Assembly: GCA_964012435.1 (NCBI GenBank)
Contig: CAXGSM010000002.1
Span: forward strand, 634 to 64,633
Direction: 5' to 3'
Origin: an uncultured bacterium
GTDB taxonomy: Bacteria; UBP7; UBA6624
Length of the DNA: 64,000 bases
Shown in pieces: positions 9,829-18,626 of this stretch (the stretch's first letter is position 1; each line of letters begins with the position of its first letter). The translations under genes and the position numbers were made by a program. The notes below the pieces were generated by a model. The model ran no database searches, had not been told where the DNA came from, and saw only the letters and a program-made list of their open reading frames with translations.

Positions 9829-11180
9829 AATAATCCAATAATCAACGATGTGTAAATAGTTACTCCGGTTATATCACAAATAGTTGAAATCAATGGTGCA
9901 CTGGCGACAGCAGGATCAATTTTCTTCAAAGACATCAATAGTGGTATTGCTGTTCCCACTATGCTGCCGGTCATTATTGCGGCCACAAGACTTAAGCCAA
10001 CCACTTTGAGTTGGTCAAATTGCAAAGACTGGCCAGAAAAAAAATAAGAAACAATAAAAACAACCAAAGCACAACACAAAGCCATCGCAAGACCAACCTT
10101 TAATTGTTTTAAAACAAACCTCCAAGGCTTTTCAGCTGAAAGTCTGTTTGTGGCAAGGGCTCGAACAACTATTACCGAAGATTGATTTCCAATTGCACCG
10201 CCTAAAGCCATTATCAATGGTAAAAACGCAAGAAGCAAAACAAAATTCTCAATTGAATGACCTTTTGTTTCTAGGATCCTGCCGGTTAAAAAGCTTCCAA
10301 TCAAAGTTAAAAGAAGCCATGACATCCTTCTTAAAGCAATCTTCCAAGTCGTTTGGTTGACAGTTAACTCTTCCTCAGAAAGGCCTGCTAGCAAAAATAC
10401 ATCTTCAGTTGCTTCTTCTTGAACTATATCAACAATATCATCTGGGCTTAAGGCTCCGCACAGCACGCCCTCTTCGTCAGTCACGGGAACCATTAAAAGA
10501 CCATACTGCTCAAACACCTTAATCGCTTCTTCTTTATCTGACGATATTGAGATTGAGATAACCTCATCTATAAAAACATCAGAAATAGGAAACCCTTCAT
10601 CTGAATCACTAAGCTTTTTGAGGGTCACAAAACCTAAGAGCTTTCTATCATCATCTACAACATAAACAATATTTGAAAAATCATCATCAAAGCTGACAAG
10701 CTTGTTCAGTGCGTCTTTTACATTGTCTTTTATGTTTACAAATGCAGGCAGAATATCCATCCTTCCGGCTGCAGTATCTTCATCAAAATTTAAAAGGTCA
10801 CTTATTAAGTGATTTTGTGTCCTAAGCTTTAATGTTATCTTTTCTTTTATCCTGTCTGGAAGAAATCGGATAACAGCAGTAGCTATATCGACTGGCAACT
10901 TGCGTAAAATTTTCATAGAATGATCAGTTTTTAATCTCGAAATCTGCTGCGCTAACACATCCTCATCCACTTTTTCAAGTATCAATTGTGGTCTAGGTAT
11001 TTTTAAGACCAAATCAAACAAATTTTGTCTATCTTCTTTTTCAAGAAGCGGAAAAACGCTAGCAATTTCACCAGGGTGATATTTAAGAATAAATTTCTTT
11101 TTTCTTTGAATGCTTTTGTAGTTTAATATCTTCTCTAAAGCTGCTAAAAGAATTGAATTACGTAGTTTGCGTGACATCAA
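9825..11180 (-). CDS. mgtE: magnesium transporter MgtE
   Basis: N-terminal MgtE-N helical domain, a CBS pair (VISISISSDKEEAIKVFEQYGLLMVPVTDEEG), and a C-terminal 5-TM domain with GNQSSVIVVRALA. Confidence 0.9.
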   Translation of the reverse strand: MMSRKLRNSILLAALEKILNYKSIQRKKKFILKYHPGEIASVFPLLEKEDRQNLFDLVLKIPRPQLILEKVDEDVLAQQISRLKTDHSMKILRKLPVDIATAVIRFLPDRIKEKITLKLRTQNHLISDLLNFDEDTAAGRMDILPAFVNIKDNVKDALNKLVSFDDDFSNIVYVVDDDRKLLGFVTLKKLSDSDEGFPISDVFIDEVISISISSDKEEAIKVFEQYGLLMVPVTDEEGVLCGALSPDDIVDIVQEEATEDVFLLAGLSEEELTVNQTTWKIALRRMSWLLLTLIGSFLTGRILETKGHSIENFVLLLAFLPLIMALGGAIGNQSSVIVVRALATNRLSAEKPWRFVLKQLKVGLAMALCCALVVFIVSYFFSGQSLQFDQLKVVGLSLVAAIMTGSIVGTAIPLLMSLKKIDPAVASAPLISTICDITGVTIYTSLIIGLL

Positions 11181-11308
11181 TCAAGCTCCATTTAAATTGG
11201 GAAAAAAATAAAATTTTCTAGAAAACAATTTAATTTTGTGCATTTTTATATGATTTTAGTTTTAAAAAAATACATTTACCCATTTTTAATACATAAAATG
11301 TAATTATT

Positions 11309-11989
11309 ATGATTAACCCAATTTCTTTATTTTTAAATAACTTCTTAACATCAGGAGGCCTAGGTGGATCAATTATCCTTCTAGTAATAATTCTCCTTTC
11401 GATCTATGGCCTTGCAATAGTTTTTGAAAGAAGAAAAACATTTGCAAGAATACCAAAAGGTGGCGGCAAAGATGTTGTAAGGCGAATAATTAGCTCTTTG
11501 GAGATAGACGATATAGCAGAAGCGAAAGTACAAACATCATCTAGAAAAGACGTTTATTCCAGAATGCTGAAAACTGTTCTTGAATCGAGAGAATGCAGTA
11601 AGGCTATATTTGAAGAAAATATTTCAAAAACATTTCTCAAAATCTCATCCGATCTTGAAAGAAACTTAGCAAGCCTTGCAACCATTGTTGAATTTTCGCC
11701 ACTTATAGGTCTGCTTGGAACAATTGTGGGTTTAATGAAGATTTTTGGAAGCATTTCTGAAGGTGGCTTGGGCCATCATGAAGAACTTGCAGGAGGTATC
11801 TCAACTGCTCTCATAACAACAGCTGCAGGTCTTATAGTTGCAATATTCTTTGGGATAATACTTAGATCTTATAAATCAAAAATTGAAGACATTTCAATGA
11901 ATATTGAAAATTGTGTTTCAGACGTGGTTTCACATCCATCATTTTTTCAAAAAAACATAAATGACGACATGGAGAGTTCGAATAATTGA
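11309..11989 (+). CDS. MotA/TolQ/ExbB-family proton channel protein
   Basis: 226 aa with 3 TM. LATIVEFSPLIGLLGTIVGLMKIFGSI and GGISTALITTAAGLIVAI are typical of ExbB/TolQ. Confidence 0.85.
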   Translation: MINPISLFLNNFLTSGGLGGSIILLVIILLSIYGLAIVFERRKTFARIPKGGGKDVVRRIISSLEIDDIAEAKVQTSSRKDVYSRMLKTVLESRECSKAIFEENISKTFLKISSDLERNLASLATIVEFSPLIGLLGTIVGLMKIFGSISEGGLGHHEELAGGISTALITTAAGLIVAIFFGIILRSYKSKIEDISMNIENCVSDVVSHPSFFQKNINDDMESSNN

Positions 11990-12396
11990 AAACAAGATTT
12001 AAAAACAAGTCAGAAAACACAGAGTTAAAAATAGCCTGGACTCCTCTTATTGACATGGTTTTCATACTGCTTCTTTTTTTCGCCGTCACAACAACATGGG
12101 CTTCAAAAGAAGCCGGAATGAATATGGAACTGCCAAATGCTGGCTCAGGAACACAACAAAACAATAACCAAATAATTTATGTAGATGAATTAGGAAGAAT
12201 ATACATAAACAATCAAGACACACCGCTTTCAATTGCTGATTTCCTAAATGAACTAAACCGTTTTGAAAAAGATCAACCATGGGAAATAAGAGCTAACAAA
12301 GATGTTCCTTATGAGAAAGTTATTATTGTGCTTGACAACCTAAGAAAAGAAAAATACATGAATGTAATACTTGCGGTTGAACCTAATAGAAATTGA
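11986..12396 (+). CDS. ExbD/TolR-family biopolymer transport protein
   Basis: 136 aa. The TM segment TPLIDMVFILLLFFAV carries the conserved Asp. TTGA overlap with the upstream stop. The TTG start is forced because the next ATG is inside the TM. Confidence 0.85.
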   Translation: MKTRFKNKSENTELKIAWTPLIDMVFILLLFFAVTTTWASKEAGMNMELPNAGSGTQQNNNQIIYVDELGRIYINNQDTPLSIADFLNELNRFEKDQPWEIRANKDVPYEKVIIVLDNLRKEKYMNVILAVEPNRN

Positions 12397-13451
12397 AAAA
12401 AATAACTGAAATAGAAAAAAATATAATTCCAGAATCATTAAGAACACCTCTTAGGATTTCTCTTTTTTTGCATGTAATATTGATTTCTTTTCTTGCCTTC
12501 ATAAAATTCCCCTTGCCTGAACCACCACCGTTAATTCTAAAAATATCAGAAGAACAAAATGCAGAAAGTGAAAAAGAAAAAGAAAATAATGATCCTGAAA
12601 AAGAACAGGAAGATTCAAAAGGTCATGGTTCAAGAGAGCTGAATAAAGAAAGCAAAAAAACAACAAATCAAAAACCAGTACAAGGTCAAATATATGTAGT
12701 TAAATCTGGTGACAGCGTTGGAAAAATTGCTTCAGAAGCTGGAGTCAGTGTTCAAGATATGAAAAAATTCAATCCATGTGATCTTGGCGAAAACCCATCT
12801 CTAATAATAAAACCAGGAGATAGGCTGATGATACCGGGTGCCGGAAGGAAAGAGCCTGGTCCATGCAAAACAAAACAAAAAGAAATACCTTCAGAAGAAA
12901 TAGAAATAACTGAAGAAGATCTTATGGAAACAATTTTAAAAACAACAGAAGTTACAGTTGAAGAGGTGGTTGAAGAGGCGGTTGAAGAGGCGGTTGAAGA
13001 GGTGGTTGAAATAGACCCTTGCGCAGCTGACCAACCTTATGATGAAAGCTGTTGGCCACTAGATAAGGAAAGGCCAAAACCTCTTGTTACAAAATTAGCT
13101 GGATATGAAAATGTTGGTGGATGGTTTAAACAACCAATAAAAGACAATAATGGCAAGCTGATGGGAAGAGCTGAATTTGGAACCTCTTCATCGCCATTAA
13201 ACATTCCGAAAAATCTTACTGATGGAGACGGCCTTGCTAAAGGCACATCTGTAGTAGTTGAAATGGAATTTTCAGAAAATGGAGAAGCCAAATCGGAGCC
13301 AAAAATAATTTTGACAAGCGGATACGAATCCCTTGACAAAAGAGCAATAGCCTGGATGAAGAGAACAACATTTAAAGACAGCTTCAATAGACATCAGATG
13401 GAAAATGGTGGCATCTTGAGGATTCAATTTTATTTTCCAGGTGCATCATGA
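12393..13451 (+). CDS. TonB/TolA-like energy-transducer protein carrying a LysM domain
   Basis: The N-terminal TM has an S-x3-H-x6-L pattern (SLFLHVILISFL). A PEPPP and acidic linker follows. LysM (YVVKSGDSVGKIASEAGVSVQDMKKFNP...IKPGDRLMIP) is at about 12690-12833. The C-terminus is TonB_C-like (GTSVVVEMEFSENGEAKSEPKIILTSGYESLDKRAIAWMKR). Confidence 0.7.
   Translation: MKKITEIEKNIIPESLRTPLRISLFLHVILISFLAFIKFPLPEPPPLILKISEEQNAESEKEKENNDPEKEQEDSKGHGSRELNKESKKTTNQKPVQGQIYVVKSGDSVGKIASEAGVSVQDMKKFNPCDLGENPSLIIKPGDRLMIPGAGRKEPGPCKTKQKEIPSEEIEITEEDLMETILKTTEVTVEEVVEEAVEEAVEEVVEIDPCAADQPYDESCWPLDKERPKPLVTKLAGYENVGGWFKQPIKDNNGKLMGRAEFGTSSSPLNIPKNLTDGDGLAKGTSVVVEMEFSENGEAKSEPKIILTSGYESLDKRAIAWMKRTTFKDSFNRHQMENGGILRIQFYFPGAS
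12957..13010 (+). repeat. in-frame 12-nt tandem repeat (4.5 units, GTTGAAGAGGYG) encoding (V-E-E-A/V)n
   Basis: Read directly: gttgaagaggtg gttgaagaggcg gttgaagaggcg gttgaagaggtg gttgaa. Lies in the linker of the TonB/TolA-like protein. Confidence 0.9.
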
Positions 13452-15331
13452 TTTTAGCTTTTTTCTTAAGCCTGATTCTCAATCCAATCTTCATCGAGAA
13501 CCAATTTATAAAAATAAGAGTAAATCCAGGACCTCAGGAAGAAGCCAGATTTGCACTTGACACCACGCAAGGCAACCCAGAAGAGCCTAACGATAATGAA
13601 AAAAAATTAATCTATGGCGCAAAAATGCCCTGGTCTAGTTTTGCAATAATAAAAATTGATGAAAAAACATTCATTTTTGGGGGAGCTTCAAGAAACGATA
13701 GGAAAAATTTTTTTACGAACCTCCAAACAGGAAACAAAATATCTGATCCCTACGTTGAAGACGAAAAAATAATTTCAACCTGGGAGTTTTCTGGAGTAGA
13801 AATAAGCCAAATTCTGTCTTTTGAAAAAGGTTATTCTACAAATCTCAAAGATGCAATGGGTATTACCTATATTGCAAAATCAACAGATCAAAAAGAACAT
13901 AAGGTTGCAATCACATTGATACTTGACACAATGCTTGGAGAAAATGATGGAGCACCGTTAAGAGCAGAAGGAGCCCAAGGTCTTATCGAGTCAGAGATAT
14001 GTTTTGAAAAATCTGAATTACCAGAATTTTGGCAAGCTTGGGATACTGAAGACCAAGCAACAATCAAAGCTGAAGGTAGATTAAAAATAAAAGATAAACA
14101 AAATCCAAAAAGATTAGTTTTGGCAAATTGGGGAAAGCTTGCAAAAACAAATTGGAATATAGAGTGCCAACCAGGTGCAAGCTTTGTGAGGGATGGAGAT
14201 TTTGAAGACGAAAAAGACACTGCTGTTGCTATAGTTTGGGATTCAATTACCGTTGACAGCAAACCTCAAGAGTTTCACACTACATATGGAATAGCAGATG
14301 CTCCAGCTCCTCCAGAGTGCAAACCTTTATCTGCATACATAAGCGGTAAGCCTTTTGAGATAGCAAGCAATGAAGAAAAATCTTTTTTTGGAAATTGGAC
14401 AACTGATAAAGATTACCCTATACAGCCAAAAGAAGCAACCCTGACAGTTTACTCTAACGATGGATTGAAAATAATAAATCCAGAAAAATCAATCGATCTT
14501 GAAGAATATCCGAACGGCTATCATTCATTCAAAATTTTCAACCCTGGATTAAATAAAAATAATGCCACCTATACTTTAAAAATAGAGTCACCTGAAGGCT
14601 TCGAGTGTGCAACAACAAACAAGGTAAAAATATCTAAACCTGCTAATTTAGAAATGAAGCTGATGCAGAAACCATCCATATCATCAATTTCTGGAATAAG
14701 GCATGACCCTACAAAATTTTATGCAAATTTAACAATTGAAAACTCTGGTGAAAGTAATTCTGAGAAAGGAAGCGTGGAGATCAGAACAAATCAAATATTA
14801 TCGATTTCATCAGGTTTAAAAATTGATTTTGAAACCATCCCCCCAAGAGGTAAAAAAACTTTTTCATGGCTTGTTTCGATTTCACCTGAATCATCAGGAT
14901 TGGCTTCCTTGAACTGGATTTTAAACTATAAAAATGAAGAAAAAATATCTAAAAAAATTGAATTCAACATACCTTCTTTAGATCAACACATGAGAATAAA
15001 ATCAATACAAAGAAACTTCTCTAACTCTTTAGTAACAGCGGTAAAAATGAAACCATTTTCAACATTCTCAGGCAAATGGGAGCTTCCCGGAAAATGTTTA
15101 CTTGCCGGAGATGGAGGTATAGAAAAATATGGATACACTGTTGAAACAAAATGCTATGACAACATTGTTGAGGTTTTAATTTCCGGCAATGAGGCTGAAT
15201 TACCGCCTTTGGTTGGTCTTTTTAGGGTCTTTCATTCTGGAAACCATGATAAAAGCTGGAATCGAATCGAAAATTGTATTAACATTAATAAGACAAACGA
15301 GTGTCAAACACTAGAGGAGATATGGGAATGA
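13448..15331 (+). CDS. hypothetical exported protein, 627 aa (C-terminal CARDB/Ig-like segment possible)
   Basis: ATGA overlap with the upstream gene and a hydrophobic N-terminus. ANLTIENSGESNSEKGSVEI resembles a CARDB-type Ig-fold strand pattern. No TolB-like repeat recognised. Confidence 0.55.
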   Translation: MILAFFLSLILNPIFIENQFIKIRVNPGPQEEARFALDTTQGNPEEPNDNEKKLIYGAKMPWSSFAIIKIDEKTFIFGGASRNDRKNFFTNLQTGNKISDPYVEDEKIISTWEFSGVEISQILSFEKGYSTNLKDAMGITYIAKSTDQKEHKVAITLILDTMLGENDGAPLRAEGAQGLIESEICFEKSELPEFWQAWDTEDQATIKAEGRLKIKDKQNPKRLVLANWGKLAKTNWNIECQPGASFVRDGDFEDEKDTAVAIVWDSITVDSKPQEFHTTYGIADAPAPPECKPLSAYISGKPFEIASNEEKSFFGNWTTDKDYPIQPKEATLTVYSNDGLKIINPEKSIDLEEYPNGYHSFKIFNPGLNKNNATYTLKIESPEGFECATTNKVKISKPANLEMKLMQKPSISSISGIRHDPTKFYANLTIENSGESNSEKGSVEIRTNQILSISSGLKIDFETIPPRGKKTFSWLVSISPESSGLASLNWILNYKNEEKISKKIEFNIPSLDQHMRIKSIQRNFSNSLVTAVKMKPFSTFSGKWELPGKCLLAGDGGIEKYGYTVETKCYDNIVEVLISGNEAELPPLVGLFRVFHSGNHDKSWNRIENCININKTNECQTLEEIWE

Positions 15332-15966
15332 AAAAAATAACCTTACTATTTATATTATCAATAATGAACATTGCAAATCTTAAAGGCTTAGATATAAGAG
15401 ATTTATCTGAAGATCACCCTGCATACAATACTGTGCTATACCTTATCGAAGAAGGTTTCTTAAGCACTTTTGATGGTGATGAATTCAGAGGTGGACAATC
15501 TATAACTAGGCTTGAAGTGGCAATGCTCGTTGACAAGATGCTCAAGCATGTCTCTTCTGGTGAGAAGAATCCAACAGCTCAGGAAACTGATGCTATTCGC
15601 TTGCTGGCAGAAGAATTTAAAACAAACATCATAAGAATTGATGATAAACTTTATGCCTTTGAGCAGAGAATCCAACTTTTAGAAAGCGAGCAATCTAAAG
15701 TTGTTGATGATTTTCTAGCAATCAAAATTGAAGTTGATCAGAAATTGACTCAATTTGAAAATGACTTGAACCTCTTACGACAAAGTCTAGAAAATCGATC
15801 CATACAGCAAGAAACAAAGTTGATGCTTGACGAAATGAGCCTTAGGCTGACTGATCTTGAAACAAGAATGTCAGATTATGATAAAAAAAATACAGATGGG
15901 ACAACAAAGGTTGAATCACAATATGTATTTTGGCTTTTCGGATTGCTTGCTTTAGCGTCTAGCTAA
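15328..15966 (+). CDS. SLH-domain / coiled-coil / C-terminal-anchor protein (Omp-alpha-like tether candidate)
   Basis: Signal-like MKKITLLFILSIMNIANL. SLH motif DLSEDHPAYNTVLYLIEEGFLSTFDGDEFRGGQSITRLEVAMLVDKML. About 100 aa of heptad-rich sequence follow. The C-terminal hydrophobic end is YVFWLFGLLALASS. The ATG at 15328 has GAGGAG 8 nt upstream and an ATGA overlap with the upstream stop. Confidence 0.7.
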   Translation: MKKITLLFILSIMNIANLKGLDIRDLSEDHPAYNTVLYLIEEGFLSTFDGDEFRGGQSITRLEVAMLVDKMLKHVSSGEKNPTAQETDAIRLLAEEFKTNIIRIDDKLYAFEQRIQLLESEQSKVVDDFLAIKIEVDQKLTQFENDLNLLRQSLENRSIQQETKLMLDEMSLRLTDLETRMSDYDKKNTDGTTKVESQYVFWLFGLLALASS

Positions 15967-15972
15967 ACAGAT

Positions 15973-16878
15973 TTGAAAGTTCTAGTTACTGGTGGTGCTG
16001 GATTTATTGGCCACACAATATCGAAAAAATACATCGAAAAAGGTTACAAGGTAACAATACTAGATAATCTTTCAACTGGGAAAAAAGAAAATATACCAAA
16101 TGATGCTGATTTTATATTTGGCGACATATGCGATTCAAAAATTATAAAAAAATTAGGTTCATTTGACCTTTTAAGTCATCATGCAGCCCAAACAAGTGTA
16201 ACTTTCTCCGTTAAAAACCCTTTAATTGATGCAAGAAATAATATATTCGGAACAATATCTTTACTTGAAAACATGAAGGGCAAAATAAATCAAATTATAT
16301 TTGCAAGCACAGGTGGAGCAATATATGGCAACATCAAAAAAACAGCAACAGAAAAACATAAAACAAATCCAGAATCACCATATGCATTAAATAAAATGAC
16401 TGGTGAGAAAATTGTTACTATGTGGGCCAAACAAAACAAAACCAAAGCAACAATACTTAGGTATTCAAATGTTTACGGGCTAGGTCAAGATCCTCACGGA
16501 GAATCTGGAGTTATAGCAATATGGATGAAAAATATACTTGAAAAAAAACCATGTGTCATATATGGAGATGGAAATTCAGTAAGAGACTATGTCTATGTAG
16601 AAGATGTTGCAAATGCAAATCTTTTATCGATTGGCAAAGAAGGGGTTTTCAATATTGGCACAGGCATTGGAACATCAACAAATACATTATTCAAAATGCT
16701 TCGACCTAAAGAAAAGGCGATTTACAAAAAAGCAAGAGAGGGAGAGGTGGAAAGAAGTGTTTTAGATGCATCAAAAGCAAAAAAAATCTTTTATTGGGAG
16801 TCCAAAACTAGAATACAAGATGGTATACGTTTAACGTTTTCAAAAGAAACAAAAAGGAGAAAGAATAACAATGAGTAA
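15973..16878 (+). CDS. NAD-dependent epimerase/dehydratase (UDP-sugar 4-epimerase-like)
   Basis: KVLVTGGAGFIGH Rossmann motif and YxxxK (YALNK). 301 aa. TTG start. Confidence 0.8.
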   Translation: MKVLVTGGAGFIGHTISKKYIEKGYKVTILDNLSTGKKENIPNDADFIFGDICDSKIIKKLGSFDLLSHHAAQTSVTFSVKNPLIDARNNIFGTISLLENMKGKINQIIFASTGGAIYGNIKKTATEKHKTNPESPYALNKMTGEKIVTMWAKQNKTKATILRYSNVYGLGQDPHGESGVIAIWMKNILEKKPCVIYGDGNSVRDYVYVEDVANANLLSIGKEGVFNIGTGIGTSTNTLFKMLRPKEKAIYKKAREGEVERSVLDASKAKKIFYWESKTRIQDGIRLTFSKETKRRKNNNE

Positions 16879-17821
16879 AAAAGTTGGTTTTGTTGGAGCG
16901 GGTTTTGTTGGAGCGGAGGCTGCGAGACAGGTAATGTCTGAAGGAATTGCAAATGTGGCACTAGTTGACATAGTTGGAGACATGGCGAAAGGAAAAGCTT
17001 TAGACTTGACAGAAGCTGCTCCAATACTTAAAACGGCTAAAGGTGCAATTGGCGGCAGTGACTATAAGCTACTACAGGGTTCGGATGTAGTTGTAGTAAC
17101 GGCGGGAATCCCAAGAAAACCGGGAATGAGCAGAGATGATCTTCTAAAAACCAATATACTCATAACAAAAGAAGTATGCAACGGTATTAGAAAATATGCT
17201 CCGGGAAGCATTGTGATAATGGTTACAAATCCATTAGATGCAATAGTTTATGTTGCACAAAAATTTCTAGAAGGAACTTGCAAAGTTATTGGAATGGCTG
17301 GAGCGTTAGACAGTGCAAGATTTAGAACTTTTCTTTCAATGGAGACAGGAGTTTCTTCGGATGACATACAAGCAATGGTTCTTGGAAGCCATGGCGATGC
17401 AATGGTTCCACTTGTTAGTTCAGCATCAATATCAGGAATACCTGCTAAAGAGCTAATAAAAGAAAAACGCTTAGATGAAATTATTGAAAGAACCCAAAAA
17501 GGTGGAGGAGAGATTGTTGCATTGCTAAAAACAGGTAGTGCATACTATGCTCCGGGAATATCTGTTGCAAGCATGGTGAAATCAATCATATTAGATGAAA
17601 ACAAAATAATCCCAACATGCACACAGCTCAATGGAGAATATGGGGAGTCTGGAGTATTTATGGGAGTTCCTGCAATTCTTGGAACAAACGGAGTTAAAAA
17701 AATAATAGAAGTCTCTCTTTCCCAAAAAGAAAAAAAACTTTGGGAGAATAGCCTAAATCACGTTAGAGAGCTTATGGATGTTTCAGATTCAATAATCAAA
17801 AATGAAAAAATACAATTTTGA
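16871..17821 (+). CDS. mdh: malate dehydrogenase (LDH-like MDH family)
   Basis: KVGFVGAGFVGAEAA dinucleotide fold, GIPRKPGMSRDDLL substrate loop with Arg, and the catalytic-His region GSHGD. 316 aa. Confidence 0.88.
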   Translation: MSKKVGFVGAGFVGAEAARQVMSEGIANVALVDIVGDMAKGKALDLTEAAPILKTAKGAIGGSDYKLLQGSDVVVVTAGIPRKPGMSRDDLLKTNILITKEVCNGIRKYAPGSIVIMVTNPLDAIVYVAQKFLEGTCKVIGMAGALDSARFRTFLSMETGVSSDDIQAMVLGSHGDAMVPLVSSASISGIPAKELIKEKRLDEIIERTQKGGGEIVALLKTGSAYYAPGISVASMVKSIILDENKIIPTCTQLNGEYGESGVFMGVPAILGTNGVKKIIEVSLSQKEKKLWENSLNHVRELMDVSDSIIKNEKIQF

Positions 17822-18626
17822 CAACCTTTCATTAACACATTTCTCATCCGGAACACTCTCTTTAGATGGTGGTGCAATGTTTGGAGTTGTTCCAAAAAAT
17901 CTATGGAGCAAAGTGTACCCATGCGATAAACAAAACAGAATAAAACTTGGGATGAATCTCTTATTGATACAAAATCGTAATCAAAATATTTTGATAGATA
18001 CTGGTTGCCTCGGTATAAACAACGAAAAACTCAAAAAAATATATGACATAAAAAACAAAAAACCATTTCAAAAACTTGGTATATCTGAAGATGAAATTGA
18101 TCATGTTGTGTTAACTCATCTTCATTTTGATCATGCTGGCGGAGCAACAATATTCAATGGTGAAAAATGGATTCCAAGATTTAAAAATGCAACATATTGG
18201 GTTGACAAAACCGAATGGAAAAGAGCAACAAACCCAAACGAAAGGGAAAAGGCTTCATACTACCCTGAAACCTTCATGCCTCTTGCAGAGGAAGGGAAAC
18301 TTCAATTGATCTCTGGTGATAAAGAGATTATTGAAAATATATTTTTCATAAATGCTCCGGGGCATACTCCTGGTCATAGAATCATCAAAATCACAAGCGG
18401 ACAAAAAGAAATGTATTATCTTGCTGACCTTGTTCCAACCGCAAAACACTTACCAATTCCATGGATAATGTCCTATGACTTAGAACCATTAAGAACACTT
18501 GAAACAAGAAAAAAAATTTATCCTAAGTTTGTAAACAAAAATGTAAGATTGTTTTTTGAACATGATGAAGAGCCAACTTCAGGGTTTGTTAAAGAAGAAG
18601 ATAAAAAAATAACATTTTACAAATAA
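17802..18626 (+). CDS. MBL-fold metallo-hydrolase
   Basis: HxHxDH motif (LTHLHFDHAGG) and a later GHTPGH. 274 aa. Confidence 0.8.
   Translation: MKKYNFDNLSLTHFSSGTLSLDGGAMFGVVPKNLWSKVYPCDKQNRIKLGMNLLLIQNRNQNILIDTGCLGINNEKLKKIYDIKNKKPFQKLGISEDEIDHVVLTHLHFDHAGGATIFNGEKWIPRFKNATYWVDKTEWKRATNPNEREKASYYPETFMPLAEEGKLQLISGDKEIIENIFFINAPGHTPGHRIIKITSGQKEMYYLADLVPTAKHLPIPWIMSYDLEPLRTLETRKKIYPKFVNKNVRLFFEHDEEPTSGFVKEEDKKITFYK

Noticed and set aside
11181-11308. Possible Mg2+ (M-box) riboswitch upstream of mgtE, plus a 17-codon ORF at 11249.
   Set aside because: The region is only 128 nt, shared with the divergent exbB promoter, and almost pure A/T with no GC-paired helices. It is incompatible with an M-box fold. 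The small ORF has no RBS.
16886-16915. Exact 15-bp tandem duplication GGTTTTGTTGGAGCG x2 at the 5' end of mdh, encoding GFVGA-GFVGA. It looked like an insertion in the Rossmann motif.
   Set aside because: Aligned by eye to canonical MDH N-termini (K-I-S-V-I-G-A-G-F-x-G-A), the sequence K-V-G-F-V-G-A-G-F-V-G-A has normal length. The first copy is simply beta-strand 1, so there is no extra residue and no disruption.
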